Under the pieces are notes generated by a model, which did no database searches, was not told where the DNA came from, and saw only the letters and a program-made list of their open reading frames with translations. A stretch of 64,000 bases of DNA, taken from Chloroflexota bacterium. GTDB taxonomy: Bacteria > Chloroflexota > Dehalococcoidia > Dehalococcoidales > RBG-16-60-22. How positions within the stretch are numbered: position 1 is the stretch's first letter; each line of letters begins with the position of its first letter. The stretch lies in the NCBI GenBank assembly GCA_016190695.1, contig JACPQC010000015.1:13435-77434 (forward strand). The letters are read 5' to 3'. This document shows, one piece after another, positions 1-8,577 of this stretch. The position numbers and the translations under genes were made by a program.

Positions 1-5
1 TGGTA

Positions 6-1085
6 ATGGTGGAGGGCATGGCCGAAGCCGGATTTTTCCGGTGGTTGTGTCTGCTTGTGGCCAGGATGGTAAATTACCGCGCCGTGCCTATCCTGGTCAC
101 CTTCATGCTGCTCTCCGGTTTCCTGTCCATGTTCATCGATAGCATAACGGTGCTGTTGTTCCTCACCACAGTGACCATCGAGCTTGCCCGTATGCTCAAG
201 TTCGATCCGGTGCCCGTGATAATCGCTGAAATCTTCGCCTCCAATACCGGCGGGGCCGCCACCATGAGCGGAGACCCTCCCAATATCATCATCGGCACCG
301 CGTTCGGCTTCACTTTTACCGATTTCGCCGTTAACACCGGGCCTATCGCCTGGGCCGGAATGCTGGTGACATTAGCCTTCTTCTACCTGGTCTTTCGCAA
401 AAAACTGGCTGCCAGCCAGGACAACTCCTCGGCCACCAACCAGTACCCCAGCCCTTCAGAGGCCATAACAAACCCCTGGTTATTCAAGACGAACGTGGCC
501 ATCTTCATTATTGTAGTGCTGCTGCTGGTGACCCACGCCGAAACAGGCATGTCTGTGGCGCTTATCGGAGTGATCGCTGCAGTCCTCACCTCCCTGGCTG
601 CAACCAGGCAGGCGTTCCATATCATCAGCCGGGCCGACTGGCGGACGTTGCTCTTTTTCATCGGGCTGTTCGTCACCGTGGGCGGCCTGGAAGAGACGGG
701 AGTGCTGAAGATGGTGGCCGAGTACATCGGGGAGGTCTCCGGAGGCGATATCAAGCTGGTGATACCGATAATTCTCTGGGTATCGGCCTTCTCCTCGGCC
801 ATCGTGGACAACATACCCTTTGCCGCCACCATGGTCCCGGTGATAAGCCAGCTTGCCCTCCTGCCCGGACTGGAACTGAGGACCCTGAGCTGGACGCTGG
901 CGCTGGGCACGGATATCGGCGGCAACGCCACCCCCATCGGGGCATCGGCCAACGTGGTGGGGACCGCCATCGCCGAGCGGGAGGGCTATGCCATCAGTTG
1001 GGGGCGCTTCATGAAATACGCCGTGCCGGCCATGTTCTTGACCGTCGGACTCAGTCACCTCCTGCTGATACTGAGGTACACCTAG
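6..1085 (+). CDS. ArsB/NhaD-superfamily ion permease (C-terminal ~360 aa; probably continues upstream of the window)
   Basis: Long ORF encoding a multi-TM hydrophobic protein. GDPPNIIIGTA and DNIPFAATMVP motifs are typical of ArsB/NhaD (YbiR-like) permeases. No stop codon between the window edge and the first Met. Confidence 0.7.
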   Translation: MVEGMAEAGFFRWLCLLVARMVNYRAVPILVTFMLLSGFLSMFIDSITVLLFLTTVTIELARMLKFDPVPVIIAEIFASNTGGAATMSGDPPNIIIGTAFGFTFTDFAVNTGPIAWAGMLVTLAFFYLVFRKKLAASQDNSSATNQYPSPSEAITNPWLFKTNVAIFIIVVLLLVTHAETGMSVALIGVIAAVLTSLAATRQAFHIISRADWRTLLFFIGLFVTVGGLEETGVLKMVAEYIGEVSGGDIKLVIPIILWVSAFSSAIVDNIPFAATMVPVISQLALLPGLELRTLSWTLALGTDIGGNATPIGASANVVGTAIAEREGYAISWGRFMKYAVPAMFLTVGLSHLLLILRYT

Positions 1086-1129
1086 TAATTCGTAGACCTG
1101 CCCGCCCCAATCACGCCTGCCCGAACCCT

Positions 1130-1157
1130 TTGCCTGAACACGATAAGATGTTATAAT
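1130..1157 (+). promoter_or_regulatory. sigma70-like promoter candidate for the Crp/Fnr gene
   Basis: TTGCCT (1130-1135), 16-nt spacer, TATAAT (1152-1157). It lies 30 nt upstream of the ATG at 1187, with AAGAGAAGG as a possible SD. Confidence 0.4.
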
Positions 1158-1186
1158 CGAAAAGAGAAGGTCTACGTGGCAGCAAG

Positions 1187-1882
1187 ATGGCTATTCAGGA
1201 AGACTTTTTAAAATCAACCCTTTACTTTTCGGGGCTCACTTCTGCCGAGCTCGAACCGGTCAAGGCGGTGGTCTTCGAAAAGACGGCAGATAGGGGTGAG
1301 ATGTTCCTCGTCGAGGGCGAAGCGGCAAAGGCAGTCTACTTCGTGGTCTCGGGCATGATCAAGGTCTTCAAGCTCTCTCCGGACGGAAAGGAGCAAATTC
1401 TTTCCCTGGTGCGGCCCCCCGAATCCTTCAATGACGTACCTGCTTTTGACGGCGGCCTGGCCCTGGCCAGCGTCGAAGCGATGACGGCCTCCCTGATCTA
1501 CGGCATAGAAAAGAGCAACCTTGAGCTTATCGTGCAGCAGAATAACAAGGTGGCTCTAAACCTGGTAAAAGTGCTGTGTCACCAGGTGCAGCACCTGATA
1601 GCGCTGGTCGAAGACCTCTCCTTCCGGCATGTCACCAACCGGGTAGCCAAGATACTGCTCGAATATGCTGAGGCAAGCGTCTCAAACCCCAGGCTTACCC
1701 AGCAGGAAATAGCAGCCCTTGCCGGCACCGCCCGTGAGATCGTGGGCCGGTCTTTGAAGTCCCTGGAAGAGGAAGGCAAGATAAAACTGGACCGCCACCG
1801 CATCGTGATAACCGATAGAAAGGCCCTCAGGGAGATGGCCGGCATGGCAACCGTTGAAACACAGGTGAGAAAAAGCCTATGA
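1187..1882 (+). CDS. Crp/Fnr-family transcriptional regulator
   Basis: N-terminal cNMP-binding-like beta-roll (FLVEGEAAKAVYFVVSGMIKVFK) and a C-terminal HTH (LTQQEIAALAGTAREIVGRSLKSLEEEGKI). Confidence 0.85.
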   Translation: MAIQEDFLKSTLYFSGLTSAELEPVKAVVFEKTADRGEMFLVEGEAAKAVYFVVSGMIKVFKLSPDGKEQILSLVRPPESFNDVPAFDGGLALASVEAMTASLIYGIEKSNLELIVQQNNKVALNLVKVLCHQVQHLIALVEDLSFRHVTNRVAKILLEYAEASVSNPRLTQQEIAALAGTAREIVGRSLKSLEEEGKIKLDRHRIVITDRKALREMAGMATVETQVRKSL

Positions 1883-2091
1883 TTGAAATGCCGTCGGTAG
1901 ACCTGAGCAAATGTAATGGTTGCGGGCTGTGCGTGATGGCCTGCCGCTGCGGGGCCATGCGCATCACCAATAACAGGGCCAGTGTTGTTGAGACCAGCCA
2001 GTGCGAGTGGTGTACCTACTGCGAAGCCGTTTGCCCTACCAGCGCCATAAATTGCGGCTACATCATTACCCTCCAGGACAGAGAAGTCTGA
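1879..2091 (+). CDS. small 2x[4Fe-4S]-type ferredoxin
   Basis: Two Cys clusters (CNGCGLCVMAC, CEWCTYCEAVCP). Its ATGA overlaps the crp-like stop, which suggests translational coupling. Confidence 0.75.
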   Translation: MIEMPSVDLSKCNGCGLCVMACRCGAMRITNNRASVVETSQCEWCTYCEAVCPTSAINCGYIITLQDREV

Positions 2092-2394
2092 GCCGCCCCG
2101 GGGCAAGCTACCAAGCGCCGCCGGCCCGGTAAACTTCCTGCTGAAGCTGCACCCGGCTACTCGCCAACTGTACACCGCCTCTTTGGGAACGAACGGTCGC
2201 CCACGCCCCTGCCGAAGCCCGGACAATGATCCGCCAGATTCTCCCACAAAAGATTGGCGTTGGCCGGGCATTTGCTTTATAATCTGTCAGGGCGGCGAAG
2301 GCTTTGGTGGGGGCCACAATTACTAATGGTCTCATAGTTGACTGGATTTCCCTGCTCGAGATAAAGGTAAAAAGGAGGCGCGCAAAACCTCTAA

Positions 2395-2461
2395 TGTCAT
2401 TCCGGCGCAGGCCGGAATCCAGTCGGAACTCTTTCTGGATACCGACTTTCGTCGGTATGAC
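2395..2461. repeat. hairpin repeat family 3 (TGTCATTCC-stem-GCAG-stem-GGAATCCA type), full copy
   Basis: tgtcattccggcgcaggccggaatccag, followed by the partner arm ctggataccgactttcgtcggtatgac. A related copy lies at 15365-15394. Confidence 0.6.
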
Positions 2462-2535
2462 GCTCCAGCTTTGGTTTGAACCATTATGAGACGATTAGTA
2501 AATTGGTGGGATAATTTCCGGAAAGAAGGCGTTTC

Positions 2536-3510
2536 ATGAGGGCACTGATCACCGGCGGGGCCGGTTTTATCGGCAGTCACCTGGCGGAAAAGCTGCTCGG
2601 ACGGGGAGATGAGGTAATGATAATCGATGACCTCTCCACCGGCAGCTTCGACAATATCAAACACCTGACCGGCGACTTGCATTTCCATTTCGCCATCGAG
2701 ACCATCCTGAACGAGGCAGTCATGGACCGCCTGGTGAGCGAGTGTGACTGCATCTACCACCTGGCCGCAGCGGTTGGGGTGGAACTGGTGATCCGTGACC
2801 CGGTCCATACCATCGAGGCCAATGTCCTGGGTACGGACGTTGTGCTGAAAACGGCCAACCGGTACCGGAAAAAGGTAATCTTGACCTCAACCTCGGAGAT
2901 TTACGGAAAAGGGGTCAACCCGTGTTTCGGGGAAAACGACGACCGCCTGCTGGGCCCGGTCACGCGCAGCCGGTGGAGCTATGCCTGCTCCAAGACGCTG
3001 GACGAGTTCCTGGCACTGGCGTACTTCCGGCAGAAGAAGCTGCCCGTCGTTATCTGCCGCCTGTTCAATACCATCGGCCCGCGCCAGACCGGCCACTATG
3101 GCATGGTCGCCCCCAGGTTCGTCCGCCAGGCGCTGGCCGGGGAGCCGGTCACGGTCTACGGGGATGGGCAGCAGTCCCGCTGCTTTTGCAACGTGCTGGA
3201 CGTGGTGGAAGCGCTGTCACTTCTCTGCGGCAGCGACCAGTGCGAGGGAGAAGTGTTCAACGTGGGCAATGACCATGATATAACCATATCTGACCTGGCC
3301 CGGAAGGTGATCGCCATGACCGGCAGCCGCTCGAAGATAGTCTACATCCCCTATGAGCAGGCCTATGAAGAGGGCTTCGAGGACATGCAGAGGAGAAAGC
3401 CGGATACTGCCAAGATCCGCCGCATGCTTGGCTGGCGCCCGGAGTACTCGCTGGATGAGACATTGCAGAGCATGATCGATTATGAGAAGAGGTTGATGGC
3501 GAGGGGTTAA
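2536..3510 (+). CDS. NAD-dependent sugar-nucleotide epimerase/dehydratase (extended SDR)
   Basis: GGAGFIGSHL Rossmann motif, YACSK catalytic YxxxK, length 324 aa. Confidence 0.85.
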   Translation: MRALITGGAGFIGSHLAEKLLGRGDEVMIIDDLSTGSFDNIKHLTGDLHFHFAIETILNEAVMDRLVSECDCIYHLAAAVGVELVIRDPVHTIEANVLGTDVVLKTANRYRKKVILTSTSEIYGKGVNPCFGENDDRLLGPVTRSRWSYACSKTLDEFLALAYFRQKKLPVVICRLFNTIGPRQTGHYGMVAPRFVRQALAGEPVTVYGDGQQSRCFCNVLDVVEALSLLCGSDQCEGEVFNVGNDHDITISDLARKVIAMTGSRSKIVYIPYEQAYEEGFEDMQRRKPDTAKIRRMLGWRPEYSLDETLQSMIDYEKRLMARG

Positions 3511-3511
3511 T

Positions 3512-4522
3512 TTGGGAAATATCGGCAGCATCCGCTTCTCAGTAATAATACCCACGCTGAACCGCAGGGACATGCTGCGCCAGGCGATCGAGGCGCTCTG
3601 CCGTCAGGAAGACCCGGGCTGCGCTTACGAGGTCATCGCCGTGGACAACGGGTCTAAGGACGACACGCGCCAGATGGTCGAAGCCCTGGCGAAGGATAGC
3701 GCCGTGCCGGTACGCTGTCTGTTTGAGCCGCGCGGCGGCAGCCATTACGCCCGGAACACCGGCTTCAAAGCGGGCCGGGGTGATGTCCTGGGTCTCATTG
3801 ACGATGACGTCATTGTTGACAGCCGCTGGGTGAGGAACATGGTCCGGGTCTATGACAACCCGGTGGTGAGCTGCGCCGGCGGCCCGCTTGAGCTGCGCTG
3901 GATAAACGGCTCGCCGCCGGACTGGATCGGGCCGTTCAAAGGGGTGATCGGCGAGATAAACTATGGGGAACAACTGCTTGAGTTGCACTATCCCCGCACC
4001 GTCAACGCCGGGAACTTCTCCATTCGCAAGGACATGCTGCTGAGGGTGGGCGGGTACAACCCGTGCAACGCCCCCGGCGATAAGCTCATCGGCGATGGCG
4101 AATGCGGCTTGTGCTGGAAGGTCTACCAGGCGGGAGGGCATATCTTCTGGGTGCCCGACGCCAGAGGGTGGCACGTGCAGGACGCCAGCCGGGTCACTTT
4201 CCCTTACATAAGGCGCCGCGCCCGCTTCCAGGGCATGACCGACGCCTATACGCTCTACCGCCGTAACGGTGGCGCTTCTTCAAAAGTGCTGAAAGACGCC
4301 ATCGCCGCCTCAGCGCGAAGGGCGCTCAACGCCACCCTCCTGGCGCGGCATATTGTGCTCAAGCATGTGCTGCTGAGGCGTCCCGGCTCGCCGCGGGAGG
4401 ACCTGTACCGGGCCGTCTGCGACATGGAGAACGTGCGCGGTCTGTGGTCTTACCTCGCCAGCATCAGGTCTGACCCCAAATTGCGGGAACTGGTCCGCCG
4501 CAGTGACTGGCTGAACGTATGA
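3512..4522 (+). CDS. family 2 glycosyltransferase
   Basis: FSVIIPTLNRRDML...VDNGSKDDT...IDDD motifs. Apparent TTG start, 1 nt after the epimerase stop. Confidence 0.8.
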   Translation: MGNIGSIRFSVIIPTLNRRDMLRQAIEALCRQEDPGCAYEVIAVDNGSKDDTRQMVEALAKDSAVPVRCLFEPRGGSHYARNTGFKAGRGDVLGLIDDDVIVDSRWVRNMVRVYDNPVVSCAGGPLELRWINGSPPDWIGPFKGVIGEINYGEQLLELHYPRTVNAGNFSIRKDMLLRVGGYNPCNAPGDKLIGDGECGLCWKVYQAGGHIFWVPDARGWHVQDASRVTFPYIRRRARFQGMTDAYTLYRRNGGASSKVLKDAIAASARRALNATLLARHIVLKHVLLRRPGSPREDLYRAVCDMENVRGLWSYLASIRSDPKLRELVRRSDWLNV

Positions 4523-4547
4523 CGGGAGGCTGGCTTTGGCTAACCCC

Positions 4548-5546
4548 TCACATCACTCGCTTGAGGCGTGGGTTGGGGGTGATGCCCGGTATCCGGCCCC
4601 GCTTGGCCACGGGGCGGCCTTCCACCTGGTGCAAGTCGGCGGTGAAGTCTATGGGGGCGGCGCTGGTGATGTAGCTGCCCACGCCGAAGCCGTCCACCGG
4701 GGCGCCTGCCTCGACGAACCGGGCGATGCGCTCCGGACCGATGCCGCCGCTGACGAAAATCCTGACATGCTTGAACCCGGCCAGGTCCAGCCTGGCGCGG
4801 CATTCTTTGACCAGCTCAGGGGTCACCCGGCCCCTTTCGCCGGGGGTATCCAGACGGACGGCGTGCAGCCTTTCCCCCAGCGCCCCAGCCACACGCAGGC
4901 TCTCCTCGCACTCGTCCTTGAAGGTGTCCACCAGCGAGACGCGGGGCGCTTCCGGCGGCGTGTGGCGGTCGAAGGCCTCGGTGGCGGTGACGGTGTCTCC
5001 CATGACGATTATCAGGGCGTGGGGCATGGTGCCGGAAGGCTCCAGGCCGGCCAGCCTGGCCCCGGCGATGCTGGAGCATCCGGCACAGCCGCCGACCACC
5101 GCCGAGTAGTCCATAACTCCGGCCACCGCAGGATGGACGTGGCGGGCGCCAAAGCTGACCACCGGTATCCCGCAGGCGGCCTCAACACACTCCCTGGCGG
5201 CGGTGGCCCAGCCGCTGCACTGCGCCAGCATGCCCAGGTAGGCCGTCTCGTACAGCCCGTAGCTCTGGTAAGGTGCGGTTATGCGCAGCACCACCTCTTT
5301 GGCGGCCATAGAGTCGCCCTCTTGCAGCGCCCAGACCTCGCGCTGCGATTCAGGCAGCACGCGGGACAGCAACGCCCTGGCCTCCTCTATGCCGCAGAGC
5401 ACCCCGGCGCGGCTGGCGAACACCTCCATGGTGGCCACCGGGTTGATGCCTTCCCGCTGCAGTATCTCAACGGTGTGGGCGAAGTAGATATCCGCCGTAT
5501 CACCGGAGAGGACGTCCCGGCCCGGCTCGAACTGGGGCTGTGTCAT
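4548..5546 (-). CDS. pncB: nicotinate phosphoribosyltransferase (archaeal/short type)
   Basis: N-terminal DTADIYF..T.EIL, VDTFKDE and RLDTPGERG blocks typical of NAPRTase/QPRTase-fold enzymes. 4-nt overlap with the upstream isochorismatase-family gene. Confidence 0.7.
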   Translation of the reverse strand: MTQPQFEPGRDVLSGDTADIYFAHTVEILQREGINPVATMEVFASRAGVLCGIEEARALLSRVLPESQREVWALQEGDSMAAKEVVLRITAPYQSYGLYETAYLGMLAQCSGWATAARECVEAACGIPVVSFGARHVHPAVAGVMDYSAVVGGCAGCSSIAGARLAGLEPSGTMPHALIIVMGDTVTATEAFDRHTPPEAPRVSLVDTFKDECEESLRVAGALGERLHAVRLDTPGERGRVTPELVKECRARLDLAGFKHVRIFVSGGIGPERIARFVEAGAPVDGFGVGSYITSAAPIDFTADLHQVEGRPVAKRGRIPGITPNPRLKRVM

Positions 5547-6085
5547 CTGGCCACCTCGCCAACGCTGGTCAACTCCACCCCCAGCACTTTCTCGATGTGT
5601 TCCAGGGCGAACTGGTGGTCCCGCTCGTTTGACGAGGCCACGCAGTCGACCGGCACTGCCACCTGGTAGTCACGGTTCCTGGCGTCGGCCACGGTGTGCA
5701 GGACGCAGATATTGGTCAGCACCCCGCACACTATCAATCTCTCCGGCTCAAGCTCCTTCAGCCTTGCCTCAAGCCGTGTGCCGAAAAAGCCGCTGTAGCG
5801 TTTCTTGGGCAGTATCTCGCCGGGGTATCCGGCAAGCTCCGGTATTACCTCGGCCTCAGCGGTGCCGGCAATACAGTGCGGCGGGAACATCCTGAACTCA
5901 AGGTCGTCAGGGTCATGGTTGTCACAGATGAAGAAAACTTTTGCCCCCTGCTCCAGTTTCCGCTCCAGGAGACGCTGCACGTTGGGGATGATGCGCCGGG
6001 CGTCAGCGCCGATGTAGAGGGGATGGCCCTCCTCCAGAAAGCCCCTGAGCATGTCAATTACCAGGACTACATCAGTGACAGGCAT
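5543..6085 (-). CDS. pncA: isochorismatase-family cysteine hydrolase, probable nicotinamidase
   Basis: VLVIDMLRGF, DNHDPDD, CGVLTNICVLHT (nucleophile Cys). Translationally coupled to pncB. SD GAGGAG before the ATG. Confidence 0.7.
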   Translation of the reverse strand: MPVTDVVLVIDMLRGFLEEGHPLYIGADARRIIPNVQRLLERKLEQGAKVFFICDNHDPDDLEFRMFPPHCIAGTAEAEVIPELAGYPGEILPKKRYSGFFGTRLEARLKELEPERLIVCGVLTNICVLHTVADARNRDYQVAVPVDCVASSNERDHQFALEHIEKVLGVELTSVGEVAR

Positions 6086-6102
6086 GAGTAACTACTCCTC
6101 AT

Positions 6103-6245
6103 CTAACAGGTTGATGAAAAATAGGGAAAGATGTGTCGTCTCCCTTTAAGAAAGGGAGACCGAGAGGGATTTTGAGAGTAGAAAATCCCCCTTCCGTCCC
6201 CCTTTTTCAAAGGGGGAAACTCAACCGAGACTTTTTCATCACACT
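6103..6245. repeat. intergenic hairpin-module repeat family 1, copy a
   Basis: Near-identical to 17763-17905 and 7444-7605. Core: gatgt.tcgtctcccttt....aaagggaga..gagagggattttgaga...gaaaatcccccttccgtcccccttt.tcaaagggggaaactc. Confidence 0.85.
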
Positions 6246-6259
6246 GCTACCCCCCTCTC

Positions 6260-7408
6260 CTATTTCTCTAACAAGAAAAGGTGTTCAGATACGTGAATAC
6301 TGCGGCCCCTCAGGTTCCTGCTGCCTCTGAATGTATTATATCTTGTTTCAAAAAATTCCACTTTCCCGTGTCTCTTTAACATCGTGACCATCTCGTCTTT
6401 GCCAATAAAACCCTCGGAGTTGAAGGAAACCAGGATATATTTCGCTTTCGTCTTTTCTATCAGCTCGGTAAAAGAGTTCAGGGCTTTACTCTTCTTGTTA
6501 TAGTCTGAACGCTGCCAACCGGTGGGTATTCCCGAAACCTTGCTTATATGCCCCGGCTCTTTATATTCTACTAACAGGTTGAGCATGAAATAGTTCGAGC
6601 CATAAGGATGTTGATTATAAGGCGGGTCGAAATAGGCCAGGTCTACCTCTTCAAGTCCTCCGACAAGAGTATTAATGTCCTCCCTGAATACCTGGCTGGC
6701 ACATTCGAAGTTGCTCAACACCGGAAACTGGAGTGATATATCGGCTTTAATTCGCTGTAGCGCGTCGCAGTTATTGCCGCCGAATTGACCAATATCCGTA
6801 ATTGAGTTCTTGTAGAATCCTTTGAATACTCCCGAAGTATTGGCATGTATTGAGGCTTCAGACAAAAGCGGGGCCAGGAATAAATGCAAATAATCCTGAT
6901 TGATACCTTTCAACAGGCCGCGGGCGGTATCCAGGTACATGGCGTTTCTGCGGGTATAGAAAACTCTTTCACCTGGCTCGATGTTGCCATCTTGCTCAGG
7001 AGCATATAGCCTCGTAATAAAACCTTCGAGGAGTTGTTCCTCAGTTAGCTTGCTCTTCAAGTATGCGTATGTTTCCCTCAGATCGGGCAAAGGCAAGTCA
7101 CTCTTGTTGCTTTGATAGCACCTGCTTATTATTTCCGCGTACTGTTCAATATCGTTGCAGATAACCAATTCTGAATGTTGGCGAGCGTAGCGGGAAACGA
7201 TGCCACACCCGGAAAAACCGTCAAGAAAAGTTATCCTGTCCTTATGAAGCCGTTTCTTCACTACGTCTACGGCCTGGCCGATAAACCGTAGCAAGGCCCT
7301 CTTGTTACCGATGTATGTGACCAACTGCTGAGTCAGGTATTCGCCATTTTCAATGGGACTGGAGCCTTCAGCATTGAAGTCGAACAATTCCATTGGTGCA
7401 AGAGTCAC
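6260..7408 (-). CDS. D12-class (Dam/T4 Dam-like) N6-adenine DNA methyltransferase, no adjacent restriction gene
   Basis: YIGNKRALL (compare T4 Dam YTGNKQSLL), FLDGFSGCGIVS (motif I), FDPPY (motif IV). AT-rich relative to flanks: 23 G+C in the 60-nt line at 6421. Confidence 0.8.
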   Translation of the reverse strand: MTLAPMELFDFNAEGSSPIENGEYLTQQLVTYIGNKRALLRFIGQAVDVVKKRLHKDRITFLDGFSGCGIVSRYARQHSELVICNDIEQYAEIISRCYQSNKSDLPLPDLRETYAYLKSKLTEEQLLEGFITRLYAPEQDGNIEPGERVFYTRRNAMYLDTARGLLKGINQDYLHLFLAPLLSEASIHANTSGVFKGFYKNSITDIGQFGGNNCDALQRIKADISLQFPVLSNFECASQVFREDINTLVGGLEEVDLAYFDPPYNQHPYGSNYFMLNLLVEYKEPGHISKVSGIPTGWQRSDYNKKSKALNSFTELIEKTKAKYILVSFNSEGFIGKDEMVTMLKRHGKVEFFETRYNTFRGSRNLRGRSIHVSEHLFLLEK

Positions 7409-7443
7409 TAACTACCCCCCGCCTCAAATGGCCTGTGTTCCTT

Positions 7444-7605
7444 CCTAACAGGTGATGAAAGATTGTGAAAGATGTTTCGTCTCCCTTTCGTAAGGCATGT
7501 CCTGAGCGAAGCGAACGGAAGCCTGCGCCATACTCGATACGGGGGAGATAAGAGAGGGATTTTGAGATTGTGAAATCCCCCTTTGTCCCCCTCCCCTTTT
7601 CTCCC
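7444..7605. repeat. repeat family 1, copy b, carrying a ~50-nt nested insertion
   Basis: Same ends as copies a and c. The first hairpin loop is interrupted at ~7493-7542 by ggcatgtcctgagcgaagcgaacggaagcctgcgccatactcgatacgg, which contains the family-2 core cctgagcgaagcgaa. Confidence 0.8.
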
Positions 7606-7607
7606 AC

Positions 7608-7640
7608 GTCATTGCGAGCGTAGCGAAGCAATCCGTTTCC
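7608..7640. repeat. 33-nt repeat gtcattgcgagcgtagcgaagcaatccgtttcc (copy A)
   Basis: Identical 33-mer at 8123-8155, in direct orientation. Confidence 0.9.
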
Positions 7641-7653
7641 GTCGAAGTGCGTC

Positions 7654-7944
7654 TCAAAGTTCGTCATACAGGTCTTGCCATCGAGGGTTCAGCGATTCGA
7701 CGAGCCGATTCTTTCTCGCCCTAGAGCCACCTTTTAAGCGCTTCTCCCTGGTTATGGCGTTCTCCGGGTCATCTAATATTTCGTAATATACCAGTTTGTC
7801 TATGCCATACTTCTCGGGGAATCCTTTAGCTAACTTTTCTTTATGCTCGTAAACCCTTCTTTTCAGGTCATTGGTTACGCCAATGTACAGAGCCACGTTT
7901 GTCTTATTTGCCAGGATATAAACATAATTTTGATTATCAGACAT
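7654..7944 (-). CDS. GIY-YIG nuclease-family protein (UPF0213/YhbQ-like, 96 aa)
   Basis: YVYILANKTNVALYIGVTNDLKRRVYEHK is a classic GIY...YIG...R..EH motif set. Confidence 0.85.
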   Translation of the reverse strand: MSDNQNYVYILANKTNVALYIGVTNDLKRRVYEHKEKLAKGFPEKYGIDKLVYYEILDDPENAITREKRLKGGSRARKNRLVESLNPRWQDLYDEL

Positions 7945-7955
7945 CGCATCTCGAA

Positions 7956-8035
7956 GTCATTGCGAGCGCAACGAAGCAATCCGTGAAATAGCCGGTAATA
8001 ACGGATTGCTTCGTCGCTGCGCTCCTCGCAATGAC
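7956..8035. repeat. 80-nt palindromic hairpin built from two inverted copies of the gtcattgcgagcg..cgaagcaatccgt motif
   Basis: Arm 7956-7984 and inverted arm 8001-8035, with a 16-nt loop. Confidence 0.85.
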
Positions 8036-8122
8036 GGGGTAAATACGCATTCTAATTATATGTAATAAAATATGTTCGCATTATGCTCATGATTTGACTG
8101 TTGATTTTCTTTTTCTCCAATG

Positions 8123-8155
8123 GTCATTGCGAGCGTAGCGAAGCAATCCGTTTCC
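8123..8155. repeat. 33-nt repeat (copy C), identical to 7608-7640
   Basis: Exact match read directly from the sequence. Confidence 0.9.
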
Positions 8156-8183
8156 ATTTAGAGAGACGAAGCCTCTCTTAGAC

Positions 8184-8564
8184 TCACCTTCTCTTTTCCG
8201 CTTTAAGTAGCGTCTTTAATCCTCTTTCTATCACCTCATGCAACAGCTCAATTCGTCGCTGAATCGTGACTTTTCGGCCATCTCCATTCAGTTTAACTAA
8301 CTCACTAAACCGCTCAATATCTTTAGGTAAAAACACAGGATTATGCAATAGTTCTTCGTGGCACTCGAAACACAACCGTTCGGTGTCCTCCTTCTTTACC
8401 CCCACCCACGGGCAGGTTTTAAAAATGCGCCTCCGCCAAGGCTTTTTCTCAAAGAAGCGCTGAGCAACCAAATGATGTGTACTCACGTCCGAATTGGCAC
8501 GCGGAGTACCCTTGGTGTACGTCCTATGAGTAAGTTTGCAACCGCAAATTCTGCATTTCTCCAT
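8184..8564 (-). CDS. small HNH-type zinc-finger nuclease-like protein
   Basis: CRICGC ... THHLVAQ ... LCFECHEELLHN gives the CxxC...HH...CxxCH arrangement. AT-rich. Lies 13 nt downstream of ispG. Confidence 0.55.
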   Translation of the reverse strand: MEKCRICGCKLTHRTYTKGTPRANSDVSTHHLVAQRFFEKKPWRRRIFKTCPWVGVKKEDTERLCFECHEELLHNPVFLPKDIERFSELVKLNGDGRKVTIQRRIELLHEVIERGLKTLLKAEKRR

Positions 8565-8577
8565 TGGAGTCTCACTT

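Noticed and set aside
1579-2335. Minus-strand ORFs 1579-2271 and 2108-2335 downstream of the ferredoxin gene.
   Set aside because: The first is mostly the antisense of the crp and ferredoxin genes. The 75-aa second has no motif, no SD and odd composition. It may be a decayed remnant, but I cannot support a call.
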